NCBI GenBank assembly: GCA_025594325.1
Contig: JANHCV010000009.1
Span: forward strand, 496,001-560,000
Length of the DNA: 64,000 nucleotides
Direction: 5' to 3'
From: Blastocladiella emersonii ATCC 22665
Lineage: Eukaryota > Fungi > Blastocladiomycota
This document shows positions 11,301-20,477 of this stretch, piece after piece. The notes below the pieces were generated by a model that saw only the letters and a program-made list of their open reading frames with translations, was not told the DNA's origin and made no database searches. Positions within the stretch are counted from its first letter, which is position 1, and each line of letters begins with the position of its first letter. The position numbers were made by a program, and so were the translations under genes.

Positions 11301-13234
11301 TACTTTGCGCCGCGCAGCACGTTGTGTTGGACAAGCACGGGCATAATGCGCGATACAAGGATCTTCATAAACAGCTTTGACGCAGTCTCCATGAGCGTGA
11401 TGGGCCGCATCGCCGCAGCGGTGCCCGTGTAGCCTGCGTCGGTTTTGGGGATCAGGTAGATGGAGCCTTCGCGCCACTGCAGGGGCGCGACGCCCGTGCG
11501 GAGCACGTCGTTGAACAAGTGCAAGAGCTCAGCCCACGCGCAAGGACCAGAGTCATGCAGGAAGCGGTACGTGATGCTGGACGGGCCAGGCGCGCGATTG
11601 GGGTGGACCGCCTTGAGCGCGTTGTCCAGCTCGTCCGCTGAGATGGGCAGCATCAGCGAGTCCCAGATCGACGGGTCAACGCGCTCGAGCGGGGCGAAAG
11701 CGGCCGCCCACTCTGGAGACAATGGCGGAATGTCCACGCGGTCGAACCAGCCACCCACCTCCTGGGCGACCCGCCAATTGACCTCAACGGGATCGCGGAT
11801 GGTTGACTCGTTGTCAGGGCCGTGGTAAAAGTCAATGGTCGCGTTCATGCGCTTGCGGCTCATGATCAAGTCAGGCGCCGCGTGCAAATCGCTGCTGAAG
11901 AGCCGCTTGCGCCGCTGCACCGCCGCCTGGATCCGCTCCTCCTCCTTGGCAGCGGCAGCGCGGGCGCGAGCATGGGTGATGCGCGTACGTGCCATCCAAA
12001 AATGCGACTTGGGAGGCCGCGCGAGGAGCGCCTCCATGTTCTGTCTGAGCTCCTGAACGAGCGTGCGGGCCTCGGCGGGCATTGGCTCAGCGAACTCAGC
12101 GCGCTTCCACTCCCACAAGAGCCGCATCTCGGCCTCGTGTAGATCTGAACGTACGTAGCGATCGTTTTTGTTAGCTCTTGCTCGTTTCCCACCCGCCCTG
12201 TAGCGTAGGAGGCGGATGCTAAGGGCAACGTGGGTCTGAGCGTCACAAATGCGGTCCCACTGTGACTCTACAGAGACTTGGACAGCGGCGGGATCCGCCG
12301 CAGCTAGGCGGGCGGAAACGCCCCTTGCAAACTTTTCCATGGCTTCCTCAGAGGGGCGCCGCGCCGCCCGCAAGACCCGGCCAGCCTCGTCCAGACCCAC
12401 CTGGACCCAAGCCGCCATCTTGCAGTCAAAGCAGGCAGCGCCAACCGTCTCAAGCAACACGCCACAGTGATTGAAACCACCATGCTTCCATGGGGAACTG
12501 GCCTCAACAAAAGCGACGGGAGGGCCGTGGCCTCCAGCCGCAATCGTTGTCCCATGGTCAAGGTCGACCAGTGAATACCGCCAAGAGCACCCAAGCGCGC
12601 CCTCTGTAGCGAACATGAGGTCCAGCTGACCCCCGCAACGGTGCGTGGGCGCGTTCACACCAAAATACGCGCCCACTTCCACTGCGCCGACTTTGCCGAC
12701 CAGAAAGTCAACAAAGTTGCAACTGCGGCAGCTGCTCACCACGTTGAGGTCGCCCCCAAGGATGAAGTCGCAGCCAGCGCGCATGCGTCGGCGAATGAAT
12801 GCAGCGAGCTCCTTCAGCTCCTCGTGCGCGCCATTGTGCGGGGGGAAGTAAACAGAAATCAGAACAAGTGGTCCCAGCCGCAGCCGCTGTAGAACAGCCG
12901 GCACGGCGAGACCTGGGATCGCAAACCAGCCGCCGCTGAACGGCTCAAAGTCCCAGCGGATAAACAGTGCACAGCCGCTGTGACCCACAGCAGAGCTGTG
13001 GCTGGACCACCGCGTTGTCCAATCTGTCTCAAGCTGCCGCCCAAGGCCAGCCTTGAGCGACGCGTACAAAGTAGGTGTTAGTCTCGTTTCTGAAATGAAG
13101 AGTGCGTCAACGGAAATATCAAAACTGTTAGTGTGCTCAACAAGGCTGAGGTAAGCGCCAGCCTTGATGCAACCGCTCACGTTCTGGCAGAGCACGTTGA
13201 ACGGGCTGGGAGAATGCTTGCGGGGCGCGGCCAT
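8330..13234 (-). CDS. LINE ORF2: AP endonuclease, reverse transcriptase, RNase H, CCHC finger (1634 aa)
   Basis: APE motifs QNVSG, ISETRL, VYFPP, GGDLN. RT motifs RPITLME, EDKSKAFDTV, GVPQGAVESP, FVDD, FRYLGV. RNase H motifs FTDGS, RAEA, YSDS, WVRRHAGVEGNE. CPRC...HWMIC zinc finger. Confidence 0.97.
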   Translation of the reverse strand: MAAPRKHSPSPFNVLCQNVSGCIKAGAYLSLVEHTNSFDISVDALFISETRLTPTLYASLKAGLGRQLETDWTTRWSSHSSAVGHSGCALFIRWDFEPFSGGWFAIPGLAVPAVLQRLRLGPLVLISVYFPPHNGAHEELKELAAFIRRRMRAGCDFILGGDLNVVSSCRSCNFVDFLVGKVGAVEVGAYFGVNAPTHRCGGQLDLMFATEGALGCSWRYSLVDLDHGTTIAAGGHGPPVAFVEASSPWKHGGFNHCGVLLETVGAACFDCKMAAWVQVGLDEAGRVLRAARRPSEEAMEKFARGVSARLAAADPAAVQVSVESQWDRICDAQTHVALSIRLLRYRAGGKRARANKNDRYVRSDLHEAEMRLLWEWKRAEFAEPMPAEARTLVQELRQNMEALLARPPKSHFWMARTRITHARARAAAAKEEERIQAAVQRRKRLFSSDLHAAPDLIMSRKRMNATIDFYHGPDNESTIRDPVEVNWRVAQEVGGWFDRVDIPPLSPEWAAAFAPLERVDPSIWDSLMLPISADELDNALKAVHPNRAPGPSSITYRFLHDSGPCAWAELLHLFNDVLRTGVAPLQWREGSIYLIPKTDAGYTGTAAAMRPITLMETASKLFMKILVSRIMPVLVQHNVLRGAKYSVLPGTDTAVPIQLLSSAIDHARNMDRPLYVYFEDKSKAFDTVPHQILRLALRRIRLPEPFIQLYCTQFLEGRTLRVITAYGLTEPIPCLHGVPQGAVESPLMWSCLYDPLLCHDSFVRATDAFPLTPYAGRGNFKTAFVPPGSLPRRRLFPGDKNRSLVKLKNLLFVDDAAFFACTPEGLRRTVSGVDSFNSACGIRSNAAKGAILLIGTKQAPVIESNGVEIPRILSDGAFRYLGVFLNGSGKGAPAMLSMRETFGRAMLPLQNKKITAKMAVYVLNAVVWPAMVYRSRNFVPKLQHLQKWDASVRALIHKKLHVASAFHASALHHPDVLALASIEELVTRYHMKAVISSLNHCDLTIRTAVRCSLSALQTYLKVPYSPLAVPTSEWTAEAPCYFGGLLELMRVRRIAIADLSGEYTIGDPITDLPIRQLVPWGAIPLTVHRAMRGYFILRVSQLIQSRSLSDGIDFRFADLMLSGRDNPATKGRKDVPDRTSFINLAAQLLQVYLSDTQAKRQWGPRAMRCVREPYPGPRHNDQAVHQAPTINIRDAFTSGLRVTQVPAQAGPLDLDPALVPVFTDGSMVPAVDGVGSSRLGAGVWFPTLGVRLSARVSPGVASSTRAEAWAIALAVAAAPQRSRIHIYSDSQAAIAMAIRVISFLSSSLSDSGFPSSLSSSDAWSFAVAAARARRVTFSLSWVRRHAGVEGNEIANKLAADGAGLAQELVLAPPFAKQIRLDVQHVLHFDDVPVPIPSTAFLKFLSTARCEATLRSKSSLLSSLLSSPDPEEHPDMTATSMAIGSGSRPPNKRTSSAANRNIVYRVRHLLGITPTRSLLHARHPTLVTLQVCPRCRAADDNGSHWMICTGNAAAVSAALGSAQKSVERFARRAAASVAAAAAAKRPLESSTTPPTPPPPPATLSPVHGEDLSTPGYAMVGESVAGATRSLASFGRRLLASIWRDPAALSRLAGCVVRACDVAFASRSLQLDCDLA

Positions 13235-15360
13235 TACTGACTGCTCGCTCCCCTCCCACGAGTCTTGGAGGAGGAGCGAACTGGGGCCTTGCCATTGTTC
13301 AGCGAGGAAGCGGTGGCAGCAGCGGAACTCTCACTGGCATTACTGCTGAACGCAACTTTGGGAGCCTTGGGCGGGTGAGCGCAGTCCGCCGTGACGGGCG
13401 AATCAGAAGCAGTGCGCGCGGCGGTCTTCGTCAAACCGTGGGCCTTGGGCCGATGCTGGGCAGCCGTCTGGACGGTGAGCGGCGGAATGACTGCGGCTGC
13501 AGAGGGAGCCGCAGCAGCAGTGGCGGCGACGGCGGGCGGCGGCATGAGATCGTCTTCCTCGCCCTCCTCCCCAGACGACGAGGACTCGCTAATTGTGGAA
13601 GAAGAGGGGGCCTCTGATGAGGGCGGCGAGGCTTCGCCCATAACGGCGTCAGCATTTGATTTGTCAGACGGGGCAAAGTCAGGCAGTGGCGACGTTGCCG
13701 CCTCGGCAGCCTCAAGCGAGGAAGCAATGTTAGCAAGACTGTCAGCGATCGGCGCGAGCGGGCTGCTGGGCGAGCGAGCGAACTCGTCCATGGTTGAGGC
13801 AAGCTTGCCCAGCGTGGCAAGGACGGACTGGTTGCGCTTCTCAACCATTGCAACCGCCGCCTCAATGTCAGCGCGGCGCTCCGCCTGAAGGCGAGCATTC
13901 TCCTCGGTGAGATCAGAAACCTTGGCCTTCAGGAGCTGGTTCTCCTGCTCAAGCATGCGGACGCGCTCCCCAAGCGCAAGTGTGGCAGCGGAGGACTGGC
14001 CAGAAACGACGGCCTGAGAGTACGAGACATGCTGGCGCCGCGGGCTTGAGCCGCAGGACGCAGCATGCGTGGAAGCGGCCTTGGAGGGCGACGCGGTCGC
14101 CGATTTGGTGATCACAAAAGTGGCGCCAGGAACCTGCGACGCGGTGCGGCGGCCCTTGCCCTTCTGAGAGGGGGTGCGAGTGGGCGATCCATTGCGGGGA
14201 GTAGCAGGGGCGGCGGCCTGACGACCACGCGTGGGAGCAGCGTTGCTCTTGGAGGGAGCAGGGCGGCGAGCTGGGGCGGCGGGCTTGAGCGGGCAGGCCG
14301 CGGCCAGGTGTGTGGCGTCGCTGCACGTGAAACAGTTCTTCTCACCCGGGGCGGCCCAGGTGAGCACGCAGCCATCAAGCCAGAACGCAACCTTGCGAGC
14401 CTCGTTGCGGGCCTCCTGCGACTTGAAGACGACCCACGCGGTGCGCGGCGGCAGGCCAGAAGCGGGGCGGGAAACGGACCAAGTGACCGCGCCGTGGTTG
14501 GCGAGGAAAGAGAGACGGTAGTCCTTGATGAACGTGTTGCGCGGGAGCCCGCACAGAAGAAGCGAACGCGATTTCTCCTCCTCGAGGATTTCAGCTACAT
14601 TGTCAGCAACGTTCCAGATCTGCACCTGCGTACCGTGAATGATATGAGCGCAAGCAGTGACAAGGTTAGCAGCGGCCGCACGATTCTGACCAAGTACGAT
14701 TGCCCACTTCGTAGCGGCGGTCTTCTTGCCACGGAATCCAATAAAGTGCGTCTCGAAGCCCGCTCCGCGGAGAACAGCAACGATCTCGTTGTGGGGGACA
14801 TCACGGGTGATGCAAGTAATCTTGAGGCTGGTCCAGGGGCCGTTTGTGTCATCAGGGTCGACTGATTCAAACTGAAACGCAACGACATTCGGGATGTTCA
14901 GAGTGGCGGCGGCGAGGTTCTGGTGCTGGACCGGGTTGACGGCGTGGACGAAGATCCACTGGACCCCAGCGAGGTCGGTGTGGTAAGAAATCTCCAGGCC
15001 GTGCAACGCCACGGCGCCCGCAGCGAGACGGATTGCGAGCTTCGGGTTGGGGATGCCGTGGAAGTAATCAAAGCGGATGCGGAGGAAGCTGTTGTGCATG
15101 CGGGCACGACCAACGTTGTGGATGGCGGTGTGTGAGGCGGCGGACTCGCGCGACGCATGAGCGGGGGACGTGGGAACCGCGTTCCCACGCGCGTCGCTGC
15201 GGCCCATATTGTTCAAGGACGCGTTATTTTGGTTCATAGTGAAGCCTGCAGAAGGTTGCGGGAAGGGGAGCATTCCGGGCGGGTGGAAAGTGCCTGGGGG
15301 TGGGGCCGCCATGGACGCAGACGTGTCAGACAGTGGCGGGTGCTGCAACGGCAACGTCAT
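13234..15360 (-). CDS. LINE ORF1 (gag-like nucleic acid chaperone): RRM-like folds, CCHC knuckle, coiled coil (708 aa)
   Basis: CFTCSDATHLAAAC = CX2CX4HX4C; RRM-like segment SLLLCGLP...TAWVVF; heptad segment LGERVRMLEQENQLLKAKVSDLTEEN; lies directly upstream of ORF2. Confidence 0.9.
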   Translation of the reverse strand: MTLPLQHPPLSDTSASMAAPPPGTFHPPGMLPFPQPSAGFTMNQNNASLNNMGRSDARGNAVPTSPAHASRESAASHTAIHNVGRARMHNSFLRIRFDYFHGIPNPKLAIRLAAGAVALHGLEISYHTDLAGVQWIFVHAVNPVQHQNLAAATLNIPNVVAFQFESVDPDDTNGPWTSLKITCITRDVPHNEIVAVLRGAGFETHFIGFRGKKTAATKWAIVLGQNRAAAANLVTACAHIIHGTQVQIWNVADNVAEILEEEKSRSLLLCGLPRNTFIKDYRLSFLANHGAVTWSVSRPASGLPPRTAWVVFKSQEARNEARKVAFWLDGCVLTWAAPGEKNCFTCSDATHLAAACPLKPAAPARRPAPSKSNAAPTRGRQAAAPATPRNGSPTRTPSQKGKGRRTASQVPGATFVITKSATASPSKAASTHAASCGSSPRRQHVSYSQAVVSGQSSAATLALGERVRMLEQENQLLKAKVSDLTEENARLQAERRADIEAAVAMVEKRNQSVLATLGKLASTMDEFARSPSSPLAPIADSLANIASSLEAAEAATSPLPDFAPSDKSNADAVMGEASPPSSEAPSSSTISESSSSGEEGEEDDLMPPPAVAATAAAAPSAAAVIPPLTVQTAAQHRPKAHGLTKTAARTASDSPVTADCAHPPKAPKVAFSSNASESSAAATASSLNNGKAPVRSSSKTRGRGASSQ

Positions 15361-15474
15361 ACTTGACGGCGGCGTCGCAGACTTGGTGGGGTTTATTGTC
15401 CTATCGAGGACGATCCGTTTCAGGCAGTTCTGGGTCGATTAGGTTGCAGTACGATCAAGCTCCAACCATCAACA

Positions 15475-15489
15475 ACTCGCCGCACGTCT
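15475..15489. repeat. Target-site duplication, 5' copy (ACTCGCCGCACGTCT)
   Basis: Exact match to 7383-7397. Confidence 0.95.
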
Positions 15490-17014
15490 TGGTGAACGGT
15501 GTACGCGCAAGTTGGTGTGTCCCAGCCGTGTTCGTAAGCTGGGCGTAGATCATGGCGTCTAGACACAAAGGTGCGGCACCTTGCTGCTTCAGCAACTGTG
15601 CGGCGGACTCGCGATGATCGTTGGCGTGGAAGGCGGTCACGAACACCCAGACCAGCGCCGAGCACGAAGCGGGATTAAAGTGCTGCACAACGGTATTTGT
15701 GAGTAGGAAAGCGCTCCAAAGATCGACCAAGTGTACACTCTTGATGGCATTGCCAACCAAACGGTCGTGATCAAGGACGACGGAATCTGCGTAAAGTAGA
15801 GCAGTCACTGCGCTTGCAATGGTGACAAAGTTGTCATTGCCAAGTTGGGCGTGAGCAAAACGGATGAGGTGAACCAAGTCAAGCTGGTTGTCGGATCGCA
15901 CATGGTCAAGGAACGCTAGGGAGGGAATTGGCGAGGGATTCACGTTAGAAAACATTCAGGTGCGTTCGACGTTCGCGCGATCCGCGTACCTTCTGTGGTC
16001 CATGAGACAAGTAGATCGCGCGGCAGATCAGCAAGTGCAAGAGCGGCTGGACCCGATTGCCCGCCGCCCTTTTCCGTGAGAGCCCAGCTGAGCAGCCTAG
16101 TCCAAGAATTGGCACAAACCAGTTGGTACTTGGCCAGGGTTACAACAAGCTCCATAGTGAGCGGGATTCGCGCGTGATTTGGCGAGTGCTTGTGCCCGTT
16201 GCCCGCAAGAAGGTCTGAGATGTAAGTTTTCGTGGGTTCTTTGATTGAGCGCAGAATAAAAGGCGACTCGAGCTGAGCAAACCCCTCCATCGCATCCGGG
16301 CGATAGATAAAGTACGCTATCAGGTTAACGTTGCGAATGACCAGGTCGCTCTCGCTCAAGCAGTGGCAGATCAGCCAGTCAACCATTCCAGCGATTCGAT
16401 CAGCAGACAGGTCCTTCCACGAATGACGGTCCTCGAGGTACTTGACCCAATGAATGTGAGGGGAGAGAACGTTTCTGAACCACTTTACGTCGTGCCCAAG
16501 CTGGGTGTCGCCCAGAGCATGAAGAACCGGCGCGTTCCGCCCAAGGGCGGCGACAACGCCCACAAATTGGAGCAAGCTGATCGGAGCTCTGAGTGCATCG
16601 TCGTTAGCTCCAAACGTTGGCAGCGCAAACGCGTGTAAATACACACTGTAGACCCGCTCGGACAAAATTGACCAATCAGTATCGTCAAGCTTGATGAGGA
16701 AGAAATCGGGAGCCTGCTCTTTTGCGCGCGTGAGAAGGGCGATCAAGTGCGGCGCGTCGAGGCAAAATAAAGCCGTGACGAGGACCTGAAGGGCGGCGAG
16801 AGCTGGACGTTTGATGGCGACGGAGCACTCGCAATGGTGGGCTCGATCAGCAAGCTCGCAGATTTTGCCCGCAAGGTCCGACTTGCTGTCACGAAGGGCA
16901 GCCGCGGCCGGCTTGAGGTAGTAATCGAAGAGCTCGAAAACGAGAGTGTGGTGAAGAGCGCCATGGGGGGAACGGCGTTCTAGGCAGGAAGCCCGTGTAC
17001 GTAGACCAGTACAA

Positions 17015-17138
17015 CTTGTGGTAACGGAACGTGAGCTTTGATTACAGAGAAATGAGGGGGACAAAACGAGGGGGAAACAAGAGGGAAAAGAGATGGTAAA
17101 GGGGCCGCACTCACCTTGTGGTAACGGAACGTGAGCTT
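17015..17138. repeat. 24-bp direct repeat CTTGTGGTAACGGAACGTGAGCTT with 100-bp period, next to a 9-bp-arm hairpin (17129-17153)
   Basis: Copies at 17015-17038 and 17115-17138; hairpin ACGTGAGCT-n7-AGCTCACGT. Confidence 0.9.
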
Positions 17139-18367
17139 AAAGAGAGCTCACGTCCGCGGCGGGGGTGCGGCCGCCTTTTGAGGGCGACGGGGAAATGGGC
17201 GGCGAGTCACCGGCGGCGGTTGGGCGCGGACGGCCGTGTCCGCGGCGTTGGGGATCACGCGGAGATCAGCGGCGCGCGCGCGCGTGGGTCGAGCTTCACG
17301 CGCGTCGCGTGACAGTGGTGGTGCGAATACTTGCGAGAGCTTTCCAGCAAGTACGTCACGTCCGTGATAATCACGTTTACGCTTGACTTTAGCCTCCTGT
17401 CGTCCAGGGTTGGATCGGAAAAGTCGATTTCGCCCGGAAAGTAGAGGGCGAGAAGGTGGGCGACCCAAGCGTGCTTGACGGGGGCGGTCCGGGTCGTATC
17501 GCGGAGCTGGCGGGACGCCGCTGGAAGGGCACAGCTCGGGACGGCGAGCTGCAACACGACCGTGGCGAGCTCGACGGGCAAGTTATTAAGGCCAAGTCGT
17601 GGACCAGATTGCAGCAAGTCTCGTTCGTTCATTCCATCAGCTGGCATGGTTCAGTAAGGTCGGTGGGAGTACGGACGGCGTTCGAGTCGCCTCGCCGCAC
17701 TTCACGCTCGCCGACCACGCCGCGAGCGACCACCACCGTGAGCCTGACCGTGAGCTGAGACCACGCACCTCGCCTCACCGCCCATCCTGTAGAGCCTCGC
17801 TCACCTTGCTGGCCAGCGGCCGCACGACCGGCGCGAGTCGGCCTCGAGCAGCACGCGTCCCTGAGACCTAGAGTCCTCCACCCGACTGCCGCCCGGCGAG
17901 TCATGACAGTCTCGCGACGGTCTCTGGACCTGCTATGTCGCACCCGTCGGGCTTGAGCTCGCCCGCTCGCCGCGTCCGCGGCCGACCGCGGCAGCCCGGT
18001 GCGCGAGGGCTCGCGCGCGCCACGCCACGCGGGCGGCCCTGCCCATTGATTGCGCCTCGCCGCACCGCTTGCCACTGAGCCGCCCGCCGCCCGCCGCCGC
18101 GGCCGTGGTCGTTGCCTCGCTTGTCGTTTCATGGCCCCGTGGCCGCGCGGGCGAAGCTGCGAAGCGGGGAGGGGAGCGGGCGAGCGCGGCGGCGAGCATC
18201 GTATGTCCGCGGCGCGTCGGCCTCATCCCGCCCCGCTCTCCTCGCTATCCGGCCGGCCCGGCCCTGCTACGCATCAACACTGCCGCGACTTGCCGCAACG
18301 ACGAGTGCCCGCTCTCCTTCAAGAACGACGCGGTCCCGCTGCTCGAATCCGGACCCTACAACTCAAG

Positions 18368-20477
18368 ATGTCTTCAGCCTCGTCCTCGATGCCCAGCCTG
18401 ACGAGCGCGCTCGACGTGTCCGGTAACGGGCTGCCCGTGGGCGCCGTCGACGCGCGCCTCGCTGCGCTGTCGCTCAACAGCAGCGGTCGCAGCACGCCGT
18501 CCAAGACCGCGGCGGCAGCGCAGGCTCAGGGACCGCCGCCGCCGATTGCGATCCCCGGCCGCGGGCTCCCCGCTGGCGTGCTCGAGCGCCGGCGCAGCAG
18601 TAGCGCGGGCAGCCCGCGCCCGCCGACCCCGACCAACAAGCTCGCCGAGACGGCGATTGGGGTGCGCGAGGTGGCGCGCAACATCGGTACGTTCGCCGCG
18701 CGCTGTTTGAGTTGCCGACCTGACTGACTGAAACCCGACGTGTCTAGGCCGCGCACGCGTGCGCGTCGACACGCCCAAGACGGTGATGATCGTGAACAAG
18801 CTGCACGACGCGGACCTGGTGCGCCTGACGCAGGAGATGACCGTGTGGCTGATCGACCAGGTGCGGGCGGCCGACGGCGACGACGTGACGGTCTACGTGG
18901 ACGCGGCGATCCGGGACCACCCGCTGTTCAACTTCCCGGTGCTCGCCGCGCAGTCGCCGCGGTACGCGCGCCAGATCCACTTCTGGACGCCCGAGTTCTG
19001 CGCCGCGTCGCCCGACGCCATCGACTTTGTCATCACGCTCGGCGGCGACGGCACCGTGCTGTATACCTCGTGGCTGTTCCAGAACATCGTGCCGCCCGTG
19101 ATCCCGTTCCACCTCGGCTCGCTCGGGTTCCTGACCGTGTTCGACTTCGCCAACTACAAGGTGCTCCTGCGCCAGGTGTTTGAGCGCGGCGCCCGCGTCA
19201 ACCTGCGCATGCGCTTCACCTGCACCGTGTTCCAGGCCCGCGACCGCGATGGCAAGATCATCGCCAAGTCGCTGTCGCGCCGCCGCTGCGCGTCCATCAA
19301 AAACCTGATTGACGAGCGCCAGCACCAGGCCGCGGCCGCCGCTGCCGCTGCGTCGTCGTCCTCGGGCCACGCCCCGCTGCACTCGTCGCTCCTCGCGAAC
19401 GGCACCGCTGCCGCTGGTGCCGCGCCCGCCGCGTCGCCCGAGCCTCTGTCGCCGCTGTCGGCCGCCTTCGAGCCGCTCGTGCAGCAGACGCGGCGGACGT
19501 CCATGTCGCTGGGCGCTGGTGCTGGCGGGTCGCCACAACAGTCGACGCTCGCGAACCCGTGCGTCGCGGCGACGGGGACCGCGTCGTCGTCCATGACATC
19601 GTTCGAGCACAACGGGGTCAACATCACGACCGAGACGTTCCAGGTGCTCAACGAGCTGGTCGTGGACCGCGGCCCGTCGGCGTACATGTCGCAGCTCGAG
19701 CTGTTCGGCGACGAGCGGCACCTGACGACGGTGCAGGCGGACGGCCTGGTGGTGAGCACGCCGACGGGGTCGACGGCGTACTCGCTCTCCGCGGGCGGGA
19801 GCATCGTGCACCCGGAGGTGTCGGCGACACTCGTCACGCCCATCTGCCCGCACACGCTGTCGTTCCGGCCGATGCTGCTGCCGGACTCGATGGAGCTCAA
19901 GGTGTGCGTGCCGCCGACCTCGCGCAACACGGCGTGGGCGTCGTTTGACGGCCGCCACCGCATCGAGCTCAAGCAGGGCGACTTTGTGTCCATCACCGCG
20001 TCCAAGTTCCCGTTCCCGACCATCTGCCACCACGACCAGTCGTCCGACTGGTTCCACTCGCTCGCGCGCTGCCTCCACTGGAACGAGCGCCAGCGCCAGA
20101 AATCGTTCACGGGCGAGAACGCTTTCACCAACCGCCGCGGGTCCGTCACGGACGACGACGGTGGCGACGAGGAGGACGCCGGGTGTATCTCGGACGACGA
20201 GACCGGGCTGGGTGATGACGACGAGGAGCAGGTCGGCGCTGCGAGCCCGTACCCGACGTCGCGCGGCGGGTGCTACAAGGCACCCGAGCCGCCGCGGCCG
20301 CGCCGCACGTCGGATGCTGCTGCCGCCTCTTCCTCATCCGCGCGTCCCGCCGCGGCGACGACGCGGCTCACCGGCGGCGCATCGACCAACGGCGACGGCG
20401 TCGAGGTTGCCGACGAGGTCGGGAACACGGTCGCGCGGCCGTGGGACGTACGCGACATGGTCGGCCACAAGCTCTAG
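18368..20477 (+). CDS. ATP-NAD/NADH kinase (Utr1/Yef1-like); exons 18368-18686, 18748-20477
   Basis: LGGDGTVL, GSLGFL, LNELVVDRG and TPTGSTAYSLSAGG motifs; intron 18687-18747 (GTACGT...CTGAC...TAG) in phase. Confidence 0.95.

Larger units (their letters stand above)
7398..15474 (-). mobile_element. Full-length non-LTR retrotransposon (LINE), about 8.08 kb
   Basis: Two uninterrupted ORFs. AATAAA (7427-7422) lies 12 nt before an A11 tail (7409-7399). Identical 15-bp flanking repeats ACTCGCCGCACGTCT at 7383-7397 and 15475-15489. Removing the element restores the host exon. Confidence 0.97.
6904..17647 (-). pseudogene. Family A copy A4, split by a LINE insertion in exon 2 and carrying an extra insertion of about 316 bp in exon 1
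   Basis: MPADGMNERDLLQ at 17647; ORF 15940-17064; intron 15989-15916. Exon 2 reads ...RTPFTKTCGE up to 15475 and resumes as TCGECELHEQRAWHD...LAHRV* at 7397-6904. Confidence 0.9.

Noticed and set aside
15358-15370. ATACTTGAC resembling the U1 snRNA 5' end
   Set aside because: U1 needs ATACTTACC plus its stem-loops and an Sm site; this is just the antisense of the ORF1 start.
17015-17138. Direct repeats as a mini CRISPR array
   Set aside because: Only two copies, eukaryotic context, no cas genes.
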